Below are positions 1 through 8,502 of a stretch of 64,000 nt of DNA, piece after piece (position 1 is the stretch's first letter; each line of letters opens with the position of its first letter). The position numbers and the translations under genes were made by a program. The notes below the pieces were generated by a model that was given only the letters and a program-made list of their open reading frames with translations, did not search any database and was not told the origin of the DNA. The stretch is from Candidatus Latescibacterota bacterium (GTDB lineage: Bacteria > Latescibacterota > UBA2968 > GCA-2709665): positions 1-64,000 of the forward strand of contig CAXXJS010000025.1 of NCBI GenBank assembly GCA_963662665.2, read 5' to 3'.

Positions 1-240
1 CTCACTGGCGAACGAATTCTGTGCTACGATCTCTGCTCGACCGGGGTTTACCCCGGCGGCCTCGGCCTGCATGACCACCGATCCGCTGATGGCGATAATC
101 CCGGACGACGTGGGAGCACTGGTACCTTCTCCGGTTTTCATGACGTGGGTCTCCTCCGCGTATGTTGAGGCGCCAATGAAGAACGTTGCGACGAACAGAC
201 GGTGCAACCCTCTCGTTATTCGATAGTTGTCTCTGAACAT
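1..240 (-). CDS. Partial hypothetical protein, possibly secreted (N-terminus only; runs off the window edge)
   Basis: Own translation from ATG at 240: MFRDNYRITRGLHRLFVATFFIGASTYAEETHVM..., open to position 1 with a signal-peptide-like start. Not in the ORF track. Confidence 0.4.
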   Translation of the reverse strand, partial: MFRDNYRITRGLHRLFVATFFIGASTYAEETHVMKTGEGTSAPTSSGIIAISGSVVMQAEAAGVNPGRAEIVAQNSFASE

Positions 241-335
241 CTGAATGCATGTTCGTTACGCTGTCCCGATCACCTCACAATTTCGCCTCGCATACAGTGC
301 GCTGTCCGAAAATATCCCTGGAAAAACCTGAGAGC

Positions 336-470
336 GGGGAGACGTTAGACGTGAGCCGGTAGACGGTAGAAGACATCTTTGCCCGATTGGCTCCTCCTTA
401 TATGCCTCCGGCAGGAAATGAAACCGCACAGGGCGGACAATCTCTCCCGTCTCCCGTCTTGCGTCTACCC
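336..470. repeat. ~130 bp dispersed element with heptameric (NNAGACG)n inverted termini, copy 1
   Basis: GGGGAGACGTTAGACGTGAGCCGGTAGACGG...CCCGTCTCCCGTCTTGCGTCTACCC. Its reverse complement aligns end to end, including the spacer, with 43636-43762. Confidence 0.85.
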
Positions 471-504
471 GTTCTTAGCTGATCGCTGCTTCTTTTGTTT
501 CCCA

Positions 505-1347
505 TCAACCTGACGGTGCATTGTACAGACCCAGGCTGTGCAGCCAATCGAGGCAAAGCTGAGGCCAGCTGGAAGGCAGCTTGCCGTCGCGGCGCACGCC
601 GAAATCGTGTTCGCCGGAAGCGTAGACATGCAATTCCGCCGGAACCCCTGCACGGTGCAACCCAAGATACGCGATCACGCTATGCGCGACGTCGGACTCG
701 CTGTCATCGCTGGCGTGGGTTAGAAAAACCGGAGGCGTATCGGCCGGGATGTGGATCCCGTCCGCAACTCTATCGCAGTCCTTATCCTTCAGGTACCCCG
801 AATAACACAGCACGGCGAAGTCCGGCCGGCAACTCACGGCGTCGATTGCGTCAATTTGCCCGTAGTTTCGTTCCTGGAAACCGGTGGCCGTTGCCAGCGC
901 GAGATGACCCCCCGCTGAGAAACCGACAATGCCGATGCGATCGGGATCGATATGCCATTCGCTCGCATAGGCGCGCACCATGCTGACCGCGCGCTGGGCG
1001 TCAGAGAGAGGGCCTGGCGGAGGAACCCCTGTTGCATCGCCGGGACGGCGGGGGACTCTGTATTTCAGAATAAGAGCGGCGATGCCCCGGGAATTTAGCC
1101 AGGCCGCAACCTCCTCACCTTCAAGTTCCCAAAATAGGTCCCAGTACCCGCCTCCCGGACAGATGATCGTGGCAGCGCCGGTGTTCTTTTCCGCCGGCGG
1201 AAGGTGAACCGTCAGGGAGGGTCGTGTGACATTGGTGATCAACAGCGTGTTTCCAACAAACCTGGAGTCGTGTATTCGGCTTTTCTCCTGACCGGCTATA
1301 CCGACGTCTCCGGGAACCTCGTCCGGCCACAATTCCATCACGGTCAC
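505..1347 (-). CDS. Alpha/beta hydrolase (acetyl esterase/BD-FAE-like carbohydrate esterase)
   Basis: PGGGY oxyanion motif, GFSAGG nucleophile elbow, C-terminal GEHDFG catalytic His. Confidence 0.85.
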   Translation of the reverse strand: MTVMELWPDEVPGDVGIAGQEKSRIHDSRFVGNTLLITNVTRPSLTVHLPPAEKNTGAATIICPGGGYWDLFWELEGEEVAAWLNSRGIAALILKYRVPRRPGDATGVPPPGPLSDAQRAVSMVRAYASEWHIDPDRIGIVGFSAGGHLALATATGFQERNYGQIDAIDAVSCRPDFAVLCYSGYLKDKDCDRVADGIHIPADTPPVFLTHASDDSESDVAHSVIAYLGLHRAGVPAELHVYASGEHDFGVRRDGKLPSSWPQLCLDWLHSLGLYNAPSG

Positions 1348-2366
1348 ACTGATTCTCCTGTACAGATCTCCGCCAGCGCGACGGTCCTCTGTTCCCTCGC
1401 TGAGACGGAAATGGCTTCGGCGATTTCGACGTCAAGTAACGCGTCTTCCGGAGGATTACGCGCCTCGCGGCGGTTCTCTATGGCGTCGAGAAAAGCGTGT
1501 GCCTGCCGGACAGTGGAAGACGGCTCGTTTTCGAATTCCCGAGCCCTTGAGCGGCCCTCTCGAAAAACGGTAATGGAATCCTTGCCTGGCGGGCTGTCCG
1601 CATTGGGCATGATGGCGCCCTCGGCACAGACAAAACGCGGTTGCGGGTCGGGCATTCCCTCAGGGCCGATATAGCTGGCAGTGGCCGAAGCGAAAGCGCC
1701 GTTTTCGAATCCGATCAGGGCCCCGCAAGTTTCTTCCGTTACGTGACCGGTCGCCGTATTTCGCTTCCGGTTGGCCAATGCGGAAACGGTGGTCGGCCTG
1801 CCCAGAATCCAGCGAACCGCATTCAGATAGCAGTAGCTCATATGGGTCAGCGGCATGCCCCCACTGGCCTGCTGTTCGTAGTACCAGGCGTCGGGGTCCG
1901 CGTTCCACAGGGCCATGGTGACCGCCATCACCGGCGGCCCCAGTTCTCCGCCCGTCACAAGTCGCCGGATTTCCTCCCAGGCCGGGTCGTAGCGGCGCTG
2001 AAACCCCGCCTCCACGATCCGCCCCGACCGGTCCGCCTCCTCCACAATCCTGCGTCCATTTTCCCGGGACGACGCGAGGCAGCCGCCGATGAGGAGGTCG
2101 AAGCCCGCATCCAGCGCCCACATGGTCGCCTCGTCCTGAACCCGATGCGGTACCTCGATCAGGACGGCATCCGGACGGGATTGGACCAGCTTCCTGAAAT
2201 CGTCTCCAAAAACCGCGCAACCCAATTCCGCCGCACAGCGTTCGGCCGTACCCCGTCGTCGCGCGGCCACGCCGCAGATCTCCGCCCGCCCGGTATCCAG
2301 AAACGCCCTGCCCCGAACCCGGGCCATGTTACCCGCTCCCACAATCGCGATTCGTACTTTCGACAT
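1344..2366 (-). CDS. Gfo/Idh/MocA family oxidoreductase (atypical, lacks the EKP motif)
   Basis: IAIVGAGNMA Rossmann motif, GFQRRYDP. Start at ATG 2366 after a GAGGGA RBS; 4-bp overlap with the esterase gene. Confidence 0.85.
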   Translation of the reverse strand: MSKVRIAIVGAGNMARVRGRAFLDTGRAEICGVAARRRGTAERCAAELGCAVFGDDFRKLVQSRPDAVLIEVPHRVQDEATMWALDAGFDLLIGGCLASSRENGRRIVEEADRSGRIVEAGFQRRYDPAWEEIRRLVTGGELGPPVMAVTMALWNADPDAWYYEQQASGGMPLTHMSYCYLNAVRWILGRPTTVSALANRKRNTATGHVTEETCGALIGFENGAFASATASYIGPEGMPDPQPRFVCAEGAIMPNADSPPGKDSITVFREGRSRAREFENEPSSTVRQAHAFLDAIENRREARNPPEDALLDVEIAEAISVSAREQRTVALAEICTGESV

Positions 2367-2522
2367 GGCGCAATCCCTCATCGGTTTTCGCCTCTACATC
2401 GAATAAGCGTCCAATCCTTCCGGTCACGCAACCCTGGCTTACCGAACTTGAAACCGATTCTTCACCCCGGAGGCGACTTCGGGACTGGTTCGTCCACATT
2501 ATCTACCGGAAAGGGCAGCCTG

Positions 2523-3518
2523 TTAGAGGTCGTACATGAACGAGATGGACGCCGAATAGTACACGATGCCACTGAGCACCAGGTCGAAGGTCGCGGGCGT
2601 CGTCCCGTCCGCGAGTACCGACGCGTGACTTCGCACCAGGTCCCACTTACCAGTTTTTCGGACATCCCGGTAACGCGCATAACGACCCCTAAGCGCAATG
2701 CTGAATCGATCGTCCGCCTCGAACGCCACCCCTCCAATCAGATTCGATCCATATGTCGATTCGGCCAAAGGGAGCGACACGGTATCGACCGTGCCCGCCG
2801 CCCGCGCCTGCCATGCAGGGATAACCGTGCCCGCGCGAGGATCGACGCCGCCTGCGGGCGCGAATCCGTCACTGAGGGTTCGTCGGACCCGCAAACCGTC
2901 AAAGACGAGAATCACATTGGACACGCCGCCTCCAACACCGAGGAAAGGCGTAAAGCGCGAGGAATTGTTGTAGTCGAGATGTACGTTCAGGAACAGGTCC
3001 GTGACGCTGAACCCCGAAATTCTGGCTCGAGGTTGTTCGACCGCGCTCCACTCGTGCACCTTCTCCGGCGCCTGTCGCCACGCGTCCAACAACGGCGCCG
3101 AGGTTGCGCCCAGCGCCGTGTTGTTCAGTTCGGCTTCCAGTCTGACCCATCCACGGGTGTATCCAAGCGCGAGCGAGGTTGCGCTGGTCATGGTTTCCGC
3201 GCCCCGATCAAACGCGACTGTCGCGAATACGCCGGAAGCAGATTCAGAGCATGCCGGATCGCGCGGGATCATGGCGGGATCCGGATACAACAGCCGGTCA
3301 CAACGCGTCGGCTGATCGACGCCCTCGATGCTCCCCCGAACGGTCAGCGCGTCCGAATCCCCGAAGTCGCCCCGCAGATAGAATCCGTCCTGCCCCTGGG
3401 CGCTCGCCGCCGGGTGGGCGACAAACCAACTCAACGCGGCGAGGACGACTGCCGTCGCGAGGCGAACGCCGGTGGCGACCCGGCAGGACCATCGATTCGC
3501 AATCAGTGTTTTCGACAT
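2523..3518 (-). CDS. Outer-membrane beta-barrel protein (opacity/OmpA-barrel-like)
   Basis: Signal peptide ending AASA, GFYLRGDFG first strand, RLEAEL, FTPFLGVGGG, alternating C-terminal strand SASISFMYDL. ATG 3518 after AAAGGAAG. Confidence 0.7.
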   Translation of the reverse strand: MSKTLIANRWSCRVATGVRLATAVVLAALSWFVAHPAASAQGQDGFYLRGDFGDSDALTVRGSIEGVDQPTRCDRLLYPDPAMIPRDPACSESASGVFATVAFDRGAETMTSATSLALGYTRGWVRLEAELNNTALGATSAPLLDAWRQAPEKVHEWSAVEQPRARISGFSVTDLFLNVHLDYNNSSRFTPFLGVGGGVSNVILVFDGLRVRRTLSDGFAPAGGVDPRAGTVIPAWQARAAGTVDTVSLPLAESTYGSNLIGGVAFEADDRFSIALRGRYARYRDVRKTGKWDLVRSHASVLADGTTPATFDLVLSGIVYYSASISFMYDL

Positions 3519-3610
3519 GACGCTTCCTTTCGAGTTTTCGTTTGACATCCGCACGCCGGAGACGTACGCTTTGAAAAGCCCTCCCATCTTCCAACTGAAA
3601 TGGCAAGGCG

Positions 3611-4861
3611 ATGCCAAGGGTTGTCTTCAGATCGATTCTTCTCGGTCTCGCTGCGGTCCTGGCGCTGGGCGTTCCATTTATTTTTGGGGACGCCGGGGAC
3701 GTGGACGGCGAAACCCGGTCATCCGGCTACATCGGCGCCCAAGCCTGCGCGGAGTGTCACCGGGACCGGTTCGAGGAGTTCCGCCGCACGGCCCACCATC
3801 TCACCTCCCGTTTTCCCGATCCAAAATCGTTTCTGGGCAGCTTCTCTCCGGATCACGCGATCGTCCGTACCCGGAATGCCAATCTCCGCTTCAAAATCAC
3901 CGCTGAAGAAGACGGATTCTATCAGACGGCCATTATCGGAAAGGGAGATGGCAGCTACCGCCGGACCGAGCGCATCGACATCGTCACCGGTTCGGGAAAA
4001 ATCGGCCAGACCTACCTATTCTGGAAGGGCGACCGTCTCTATCAGTTGCCCATCTCCTATTTCACGCAGCAAAAGCGGTGGATCAACAGCCCTGGCTATC
4101 CCGACGGCGAGGTGAACTTCTCCCGTGGCGTCGTCCCCCGATGTCTGGAGTGCCACGCAACCTGGTTCGAATCCGAATCCTATTCCAGTAACGCATATAC
4201 CAGGGACCGCTTTGTACTCGGCGTCTCCTGCGAACGGTGCCACGGACCCGGCGCGGGCCACGCGGCCTATCAGCGCGACCATCCCGACGTGAAGGAAGTA
4301 CCGCACATTTTGCACCCCGGACGGCTCGACCCGCCGCGGCTGATCGATCTCTGCGCGCAATGCCATTCCGGCGTCGGCGCGCCGAGCCAGCGGCCTTTTT
4401 CCTTCCGGCCCGGGGAGTCCCTGAGTGATTATCTCGAACTGGACGCTCACGAAGAACTGAACAGGATCGGGGTCCACAGTACGAACCAGCTGCCGCGGCT
4501 GACCAAATCGAAGTGTTTCCAGCAGAGTTCAGCGATGACCTGCATCACCTGCCACAACCCGCACACCCTCGAGCGTGGAAACCTCGCCCTGTTCTCCCGG
4601 CGCTGCGCCGCGTGTCACGACATCCATGCCTGCGGCATGGCCGCCGAACTCGGAGACGCGATCCGCACCAACTGTATCGACTGCCACATGCCCCGTAAAC
4701 AGGACCTCGAAACGAAATTCGAAACCGCCGAGGCCTTTCAGTTTCCGACCATGCGAGACCATTTCATCGCCATCTATCCGGAGATCAGCCGGCGTGAGAG
4801 CACCCGGTTCCCAGACACGGAGGCACCGACAAATTCTCGACCTCACCAGGGGGGAAACTGA
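3611..4861 (+). CDS. Multiheme c-type cytochrome (c554/c552-like, 7 CxxCH)
   Basis: CAECH, CLECH, CERCH, CAQCH, CITCH, CAACH, CIDCH; N-terminal hydrophobic anchor or signal. Confidence 0.85.
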   Translation: MPRVVFRSILLGLAAVLALGVPFIFGDAGDVDGETRSSGYIGAQACAECHRDRFEEFRRTAHHLTSRFPDPKSFLGSFSPDHAIVRTRNANLRFKITAEEDGFYQTAIIGKGDGSYRRTERIDIVTGSGKIGQTYLFWKGDRLYQLPISYFTQQKRWINSPGYPDGEVNFSRGVVPRCLECHATWFESESYSSNAYTRDRFVLGVSCERCHGPGAGHAAYQRDHPDVKEVPHILHPGRLDPPRLIDLCAQCHSGVGAPSQRPFSFRPGESLSDYLELDAHEELNRIGVHSTNQLPRLTKSKCFQQSSAMTCITCHNPHTLERGNLALFSRRCAACHDIHACGMAAELGDAIRTNCIDCHMPRKQDLETKFETAEAFQFPTMRDHFIAIYPEISRRESTRFPDTEAPTNSRPHQGGN

Positions 4862-4862
4862 T

Positions 4863-6683
4863 ATGCGCCAATATAGAACGCTCACCCTGGCGGACAGGGG
4901 TCAGCCCCGTACCGCCATCATCCTGCCGGATGGCGCCGGAGATGCGCTCCGGGACGCCGCCGCGGACCTGCAAGCCACCCTCGAAAAAATCACCGGAATG
5001 GCGCCCCCTATGGGAACGGACAGTGGCAAGCCCGCGCCGCGGGGCAGAACGGCCATCCACGTCGGCGCCACCGCGTACGCCCGGTCGCTGAACCTGGATG
5101 CCGCAGGCGCCGGCGTGGAGGGGTACCGCATCCATACCGCGGGCAGGGACCTCTTCATCCTTGGCGGGAGCGAAGCCGGTACGTCGTACGGCGTCTACGG
5201 TCTGTTGGAAGACCACCTCGACGTGCGCTGGTTCATGCCCGGGGAACTCTTCGAAGACATCCCCGTGCGAACCACCCTGAAAATCGCGCCGATAAACGAA
5301 ACGAAAACCCCCGACTTCCTCTTCCGCGTCTTCAGCGGAATCGCCGGGCTGGAGGGACATCGATGGGAACGCCGCAACCGCGTCTCCAGCCGCAGGCACG
5401 AACTTCCCTATGCCGGCTTCCACCACGCCCTGTACAAGATCTTCCCCGTCGCTCAGTTCGGGAAGACCCACCCCGAATTCTACGCGCTCATCGACGGAGA
5501 ACGTCTGGTTCCGGAGAGCGACGCTGTCAGCAACGGCCTGTTCGGGCAGCCCTGCACCAGCAACCCCGAGGTCATGGATATCACGATCAGGGCCACGCGA
5601 GCCTACTTCGACGAGCACCCGGAAGCGCACTGTTTCTCTCTGGGTATGAATGACAACGGTAACTTCTGCCTATGCGAAAACTGCCTGTCGCTCGACGTTC
5701 CCGGCCTGAAATTCCGTGATCGCCCGATCTACTCCGACCGGTGGTTCACGTACTTCAACGCCGTCGCACGCGCGCTTCAGGAATCCCATCCCGGAAAATT
5801 CGTGGGATGCCTGGCGTACCATAACGTGGAAGAGCCGCCCAGACGCATCGAACGCCTGGAACCCAATACGGCCATTTACCTCACCCAGGATACCGCACAG
5901 CACCTGGACTCGGAATACCGGGACAAAGACCGTGAATTCATCCTCTCCTGGCTCAAGCAGTGCGACCACGTCTGCAAGTACGACTATTACGGCCTGGGCT
6001 GGGTGCTGCCGCGCTACTTCCCGGGCCTGATGGCCGACGATATCAAGTTCCAGCACAGTGCGGGCGTCAAGGGCTTCTATGCCGAAGCCTATCCCCACTG
6101 GCCGGCAGCCGGGCCGCAGATCTGGCTGGCATCCAGGCTCTGGTGGGACGCCGGCCAGGACCCGGAAAAGCTCCTCGATGAATTCTTCGCGCGACTGTTC
6201 GGCGGGGCGGCGGGCGAGATGCGCGCGTTCTACGACCTTCTCGAAGCCATCTGGCGCCGACCGCGGCCGGGCTGGTGGTTCCAGGGCCTGCGAGGATTGC
6301 GCGACCAGGTACCCTGTTACACGTCCGACGACGCGGACGCCCTCGAAGCCACGCTCGCCCGTGCCTACATCGCCACGCGCGACCCGCTTGTCCGCCTCAG
6401 GATCGACTACATCCGCCGCTGGTTTAACTTTCCTGCAACCCTCATCCGCGGCTGGCACGGCGCCGATGAACTCCTGGCTCTTCCCCGCGGACCCGAAGCC
6501 GGGCGGAAGGCGGCGGACCTGCGCAGACTCAGGCCGCGCCTCAAACGTTCCCACCGCCAGGCCGTCCTCGAAGACCGCAACATGCCCAAATCCGCCTACT
6601 TCAACGACGGAAGGTACGAGGCGCGGGTCGTGGATCCGTGGACGGAAAAGATCGACAGCGCCCTGGCGCACGAGGGAGGCTGA
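4863..6683 (+). CDS. DUF4838-like protein with a GH67/GH20-type N-terminal domain (putative carbohydrate-active)
   Basis: EGYRIHT...LFILGG...GTSYGVYGLLEDHLDVRWFMPG, HPEFYALIDG, QPCTSNPEV, SLGMND, CLCENC. ATG 4863 follows the cytochrome stop, after a GGGGGA RBS. Confidence 0.75.
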   Translation: MRQYRTLTLADRGQPRTAIILPDGAGDALRDAAADLQATLEKITGMAPPMGTDSGKPAPRGRTAIHVGATAYARSLNLDAAGAGVEGYRIHTAGRDLFILGGSEAGTSYGVYGLLEDHLDVRWFMPGELFEDIPVRTTLKIAPINETKTPDFLFRVFSGIAGLEGHRWERRNRVSSRRHELPYAGFHHALYKIFPVAQFGKTHPEFYALIDGERLVPESDAVSNGLFGQPCTSNPEVMDITIRATRAYFDEHPEAHCFSLGMNDNGNFCLCENCLSLDVPGLKFRDRPIYSDRWFTYFNAVARALQESHPGKFVGCLAYHNVEEPPRRIERLEPNTAIYLTQDTAQHLDSEYRDKDREFILSWLKQCDHVCKYDYYGLGWVLPRYFPGLMADDIKFQHSAGVKGFYAEAYPHWPAAGPQIWLASRLWWDAGQDPEKLLDEFFARLFGGAAGEMRAFYDLLEAIWRRPRPGWWFQGLRGLRDQVPCYTSDDADALEATLARAYIATRDPLVRLRIDYIRRWFNFPATLIRGWHGADELLALPRGPEAGRKAADLRRLRPRLKRSHRQAVLEDRNMPKSAYFNDGRYEARVVDPWTEKIDSALAHEGG

Positions 6684-6742
6684 AAACCTCACCACTGCCT
6701 ATGCAGAAAACCCGGGAGTAGCCCAAAAAGCAGGAGAATCAC

Positions 6743-7576
6743 ATGATCGTGAAGTCCGTTTATATGATGACCGATTTGGAAGGCGTGGCCGGCGTCGATG
6801 ATTGGGACCCGCGGCACCGGGAAGATGCGACAACGGCGAAAGGCGTGTACGACCGCGCCGAGATGCAGCGCCTGCTGACAGGCGAGGTCAATGCCGCGGC
6901 CGAAGGTTTATTTGAAGCGGGTGTCGAAGAAGTGATCATCAATGACGCACATGGGGCCGGGCGCACGATTCTGTCGGAAGAATTGGTGTCTGGCGTGAAA
7001 CTGGTGCAGGGTGTCAATCGGCCGTGCTGGCTGCCGGGCTTATCGCCCAGGTTTGACGCGTTGATCCAGGTCGGCATGCATGCGATGACCGGCACCCCCA
7101 ACGGATGCCTCGCACACTCGATGAGCCGCGATATGGTCTATCGCGTGAATGGCGCCGAAGTCGGTGAGATGGAAATGGCGGCGTATCTGTGCGGTCATGT
7201 GGGCATTCCCTGGGTCTTTACATCGGGCGATCTGCACGCATGCGCCGAATCCGAGCGCTGGGTCAGCGGCATTGTCACGGCGCCTGTCAAAGAAGGCCTG
7301 GGAGAATTATGCGCCCTTCACATGGCGCCGGCAGATGCCCGCGCGCTGATCAAGGCGCGCGTTCAGGAAGCCGTGGCGGTTGCAAGGAACATTGAACCGC
7401 TCACTGCCACGAGCCCTGTGGTGGTGGAGGTGACGCGTCCCGAACCCGGTCAACTTTCCGTGCGGGACGGGGTTGAACGCGTGGACGACTTTACGATCCG
7501 GTGCAAAGGCGAATCCTTCTGGCAGGCGTTTCACAACATGGTCTATGGCAAGCCCGATTTTCCGGTTCCCGTGTAA
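6743..7576 (+). CDS. dppA: M55 family D-aminopeptidase (DppA-like)
   Basis: TDLEG, NDAHG, GMHA and LAHS zinc-ligand motifs; AGGAGA RBS. Confidence 0.85.
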   Translation: MIVKSVYMMTDLEGVAGVDDWDPRHREDATTAKGVYDRAEMQRLLTGEVNAAAEGLFEAGVEEVIINDAHGAGRTILSEELVSGVKLVQGVNRPCWLPGLSPRFDALIQVGMHAMTGTPNGCLAHSMSRDMVYRVNGAEVGEMEMAAYLCGHVGIPWVFTSGDLHACAESERWVSGIVTAPVKEGLGELCALHMAPADARALIKARVQEAVAVARNIEPLTATSPVVVEVTRPEPGQLSVRDGVERVDDFTIRCKGESFWQAFHNMVYGKPDFPVPV

Positions 7577-7581
7577 CGGGG

Positions 7582-8445
7582 CTATTCGTAAAGAAGCTCA
7601 TCCACTTCCCGCATCAGATTCAGCCAGTCCACATGGGATGTCGCCACTCGCCCGGGCTGCGCTCTGCTGCGCGCCCGAAATCCCGGAACTTCGTCACGCC
7701 CTGTTGGCATTGATGGATCGGAGTAGCGAATATCCACGCTCCACCGGATGCGTTCCGTCCGGTTCGGGAACGAGCGGTGCGCGGTCTTGTGCTGGAACAC
7801 GACCACGCCTCCCTTTCGCACCGGGCAGGCGACGGCCCGCCCGCCGGGTACGTACCCATCCTGGATCCCTTCGTTCGGATACCCGCTGACCTTGCCGTGC
7901 GGCTTCAGGCCGGCGCGATGACTCCCCGGAATCACCTCCAGACATCCATTTTCGATGGTGACGTCCACCAGTGGAATCCAGAAGTTGACCATAAACGTAG
8001 CTTCCGCCTCGGGATGCAGAAAGCCCAGGTCCTGGTGCCAGGGAATCTGCGACCGGGTTTCGTTGGGCATTTTCGCCTGGCAGTTGAATTGGGGATGGGC
8101 CAGGATCTCCGGTCCGATGACCGATTCCACGATGTCCAGGATCGCCGGGTGCGTGATCAGCGAAAACATCCCTGCCGTCTTCAGACGCTTTCCCGTTACC
8201 TCCTGCTCGATTTCCGACGCATCATCCATCGCGGCGCAAAGACACGCCAATCGCCGGTCGAAGGGCGCATCTTCGAACGGATCGGACAGCTTTCCACCCG
8301 AGCGGGCTTCCCTCGCCTTTTGATCAATACCCTCGTTGATGTCGTCGATCAACGGCTGCAAGTCTCCGGGCGCCAGCACATCCTCCAGCAACAGGTAGCC
8401 GTCGTTCAGAAAGGTGAAGAGCTGGCTTTGGTTCAGGCCGGCCAT
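7582..8445 (-). CDS. Phytanoyl-CoA dioxygenase (PhyH) family Fe(II)/2-oxoglutarate enzyme
   Basis: WHQD, FWIPL, ENGCLEVIPGSH, distal HRS..N...R. Confidence 0.9.
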   Translation of the reverse strand: MAGLNQSQLFTFLNDGYLLLEDVLAPGDLQPLIDDINEGIDQKAREARSGGKLSDPFEDAPFDRRLACLCAAMDDASEIEQEVTGKRLKTAGMFSLITHPAILDIVESVIGPEILAHPQFNCQAKMPNETRSQIPWHQDLGFLHPEAEATFMVNFWIPLVDVTIENGCLEVIPGSHRAGLKPHGKVSGYPNEGIQDGYVPGGRAVACPVRKGGVVVFQHKTAHRSFPNRTERIRWSVDIRYSDPSMPTGRDEVPGFRARSRAQPGRVATSHVDWLNLMREVDELLYE

Positions 8446-8502
8446 ATGAATAAACTCACGAAATCACTCCTCGAATCCCCTGTCACCACTCCGAAACCGT
8501 TA

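Noticed and set aside
2-250. 82 aa ORF in the track
   Set aside because: Arg-rich with no motifs; the alternative frame 1-240 looks more protein-like.
2523-4861. MtrAB-type porin-cytochrome electron conduit
   Set aside because: The barrel is about 330 aa and opacity-like, the genes are divergent, and the cytochrome has 7 hemes rather than 10.
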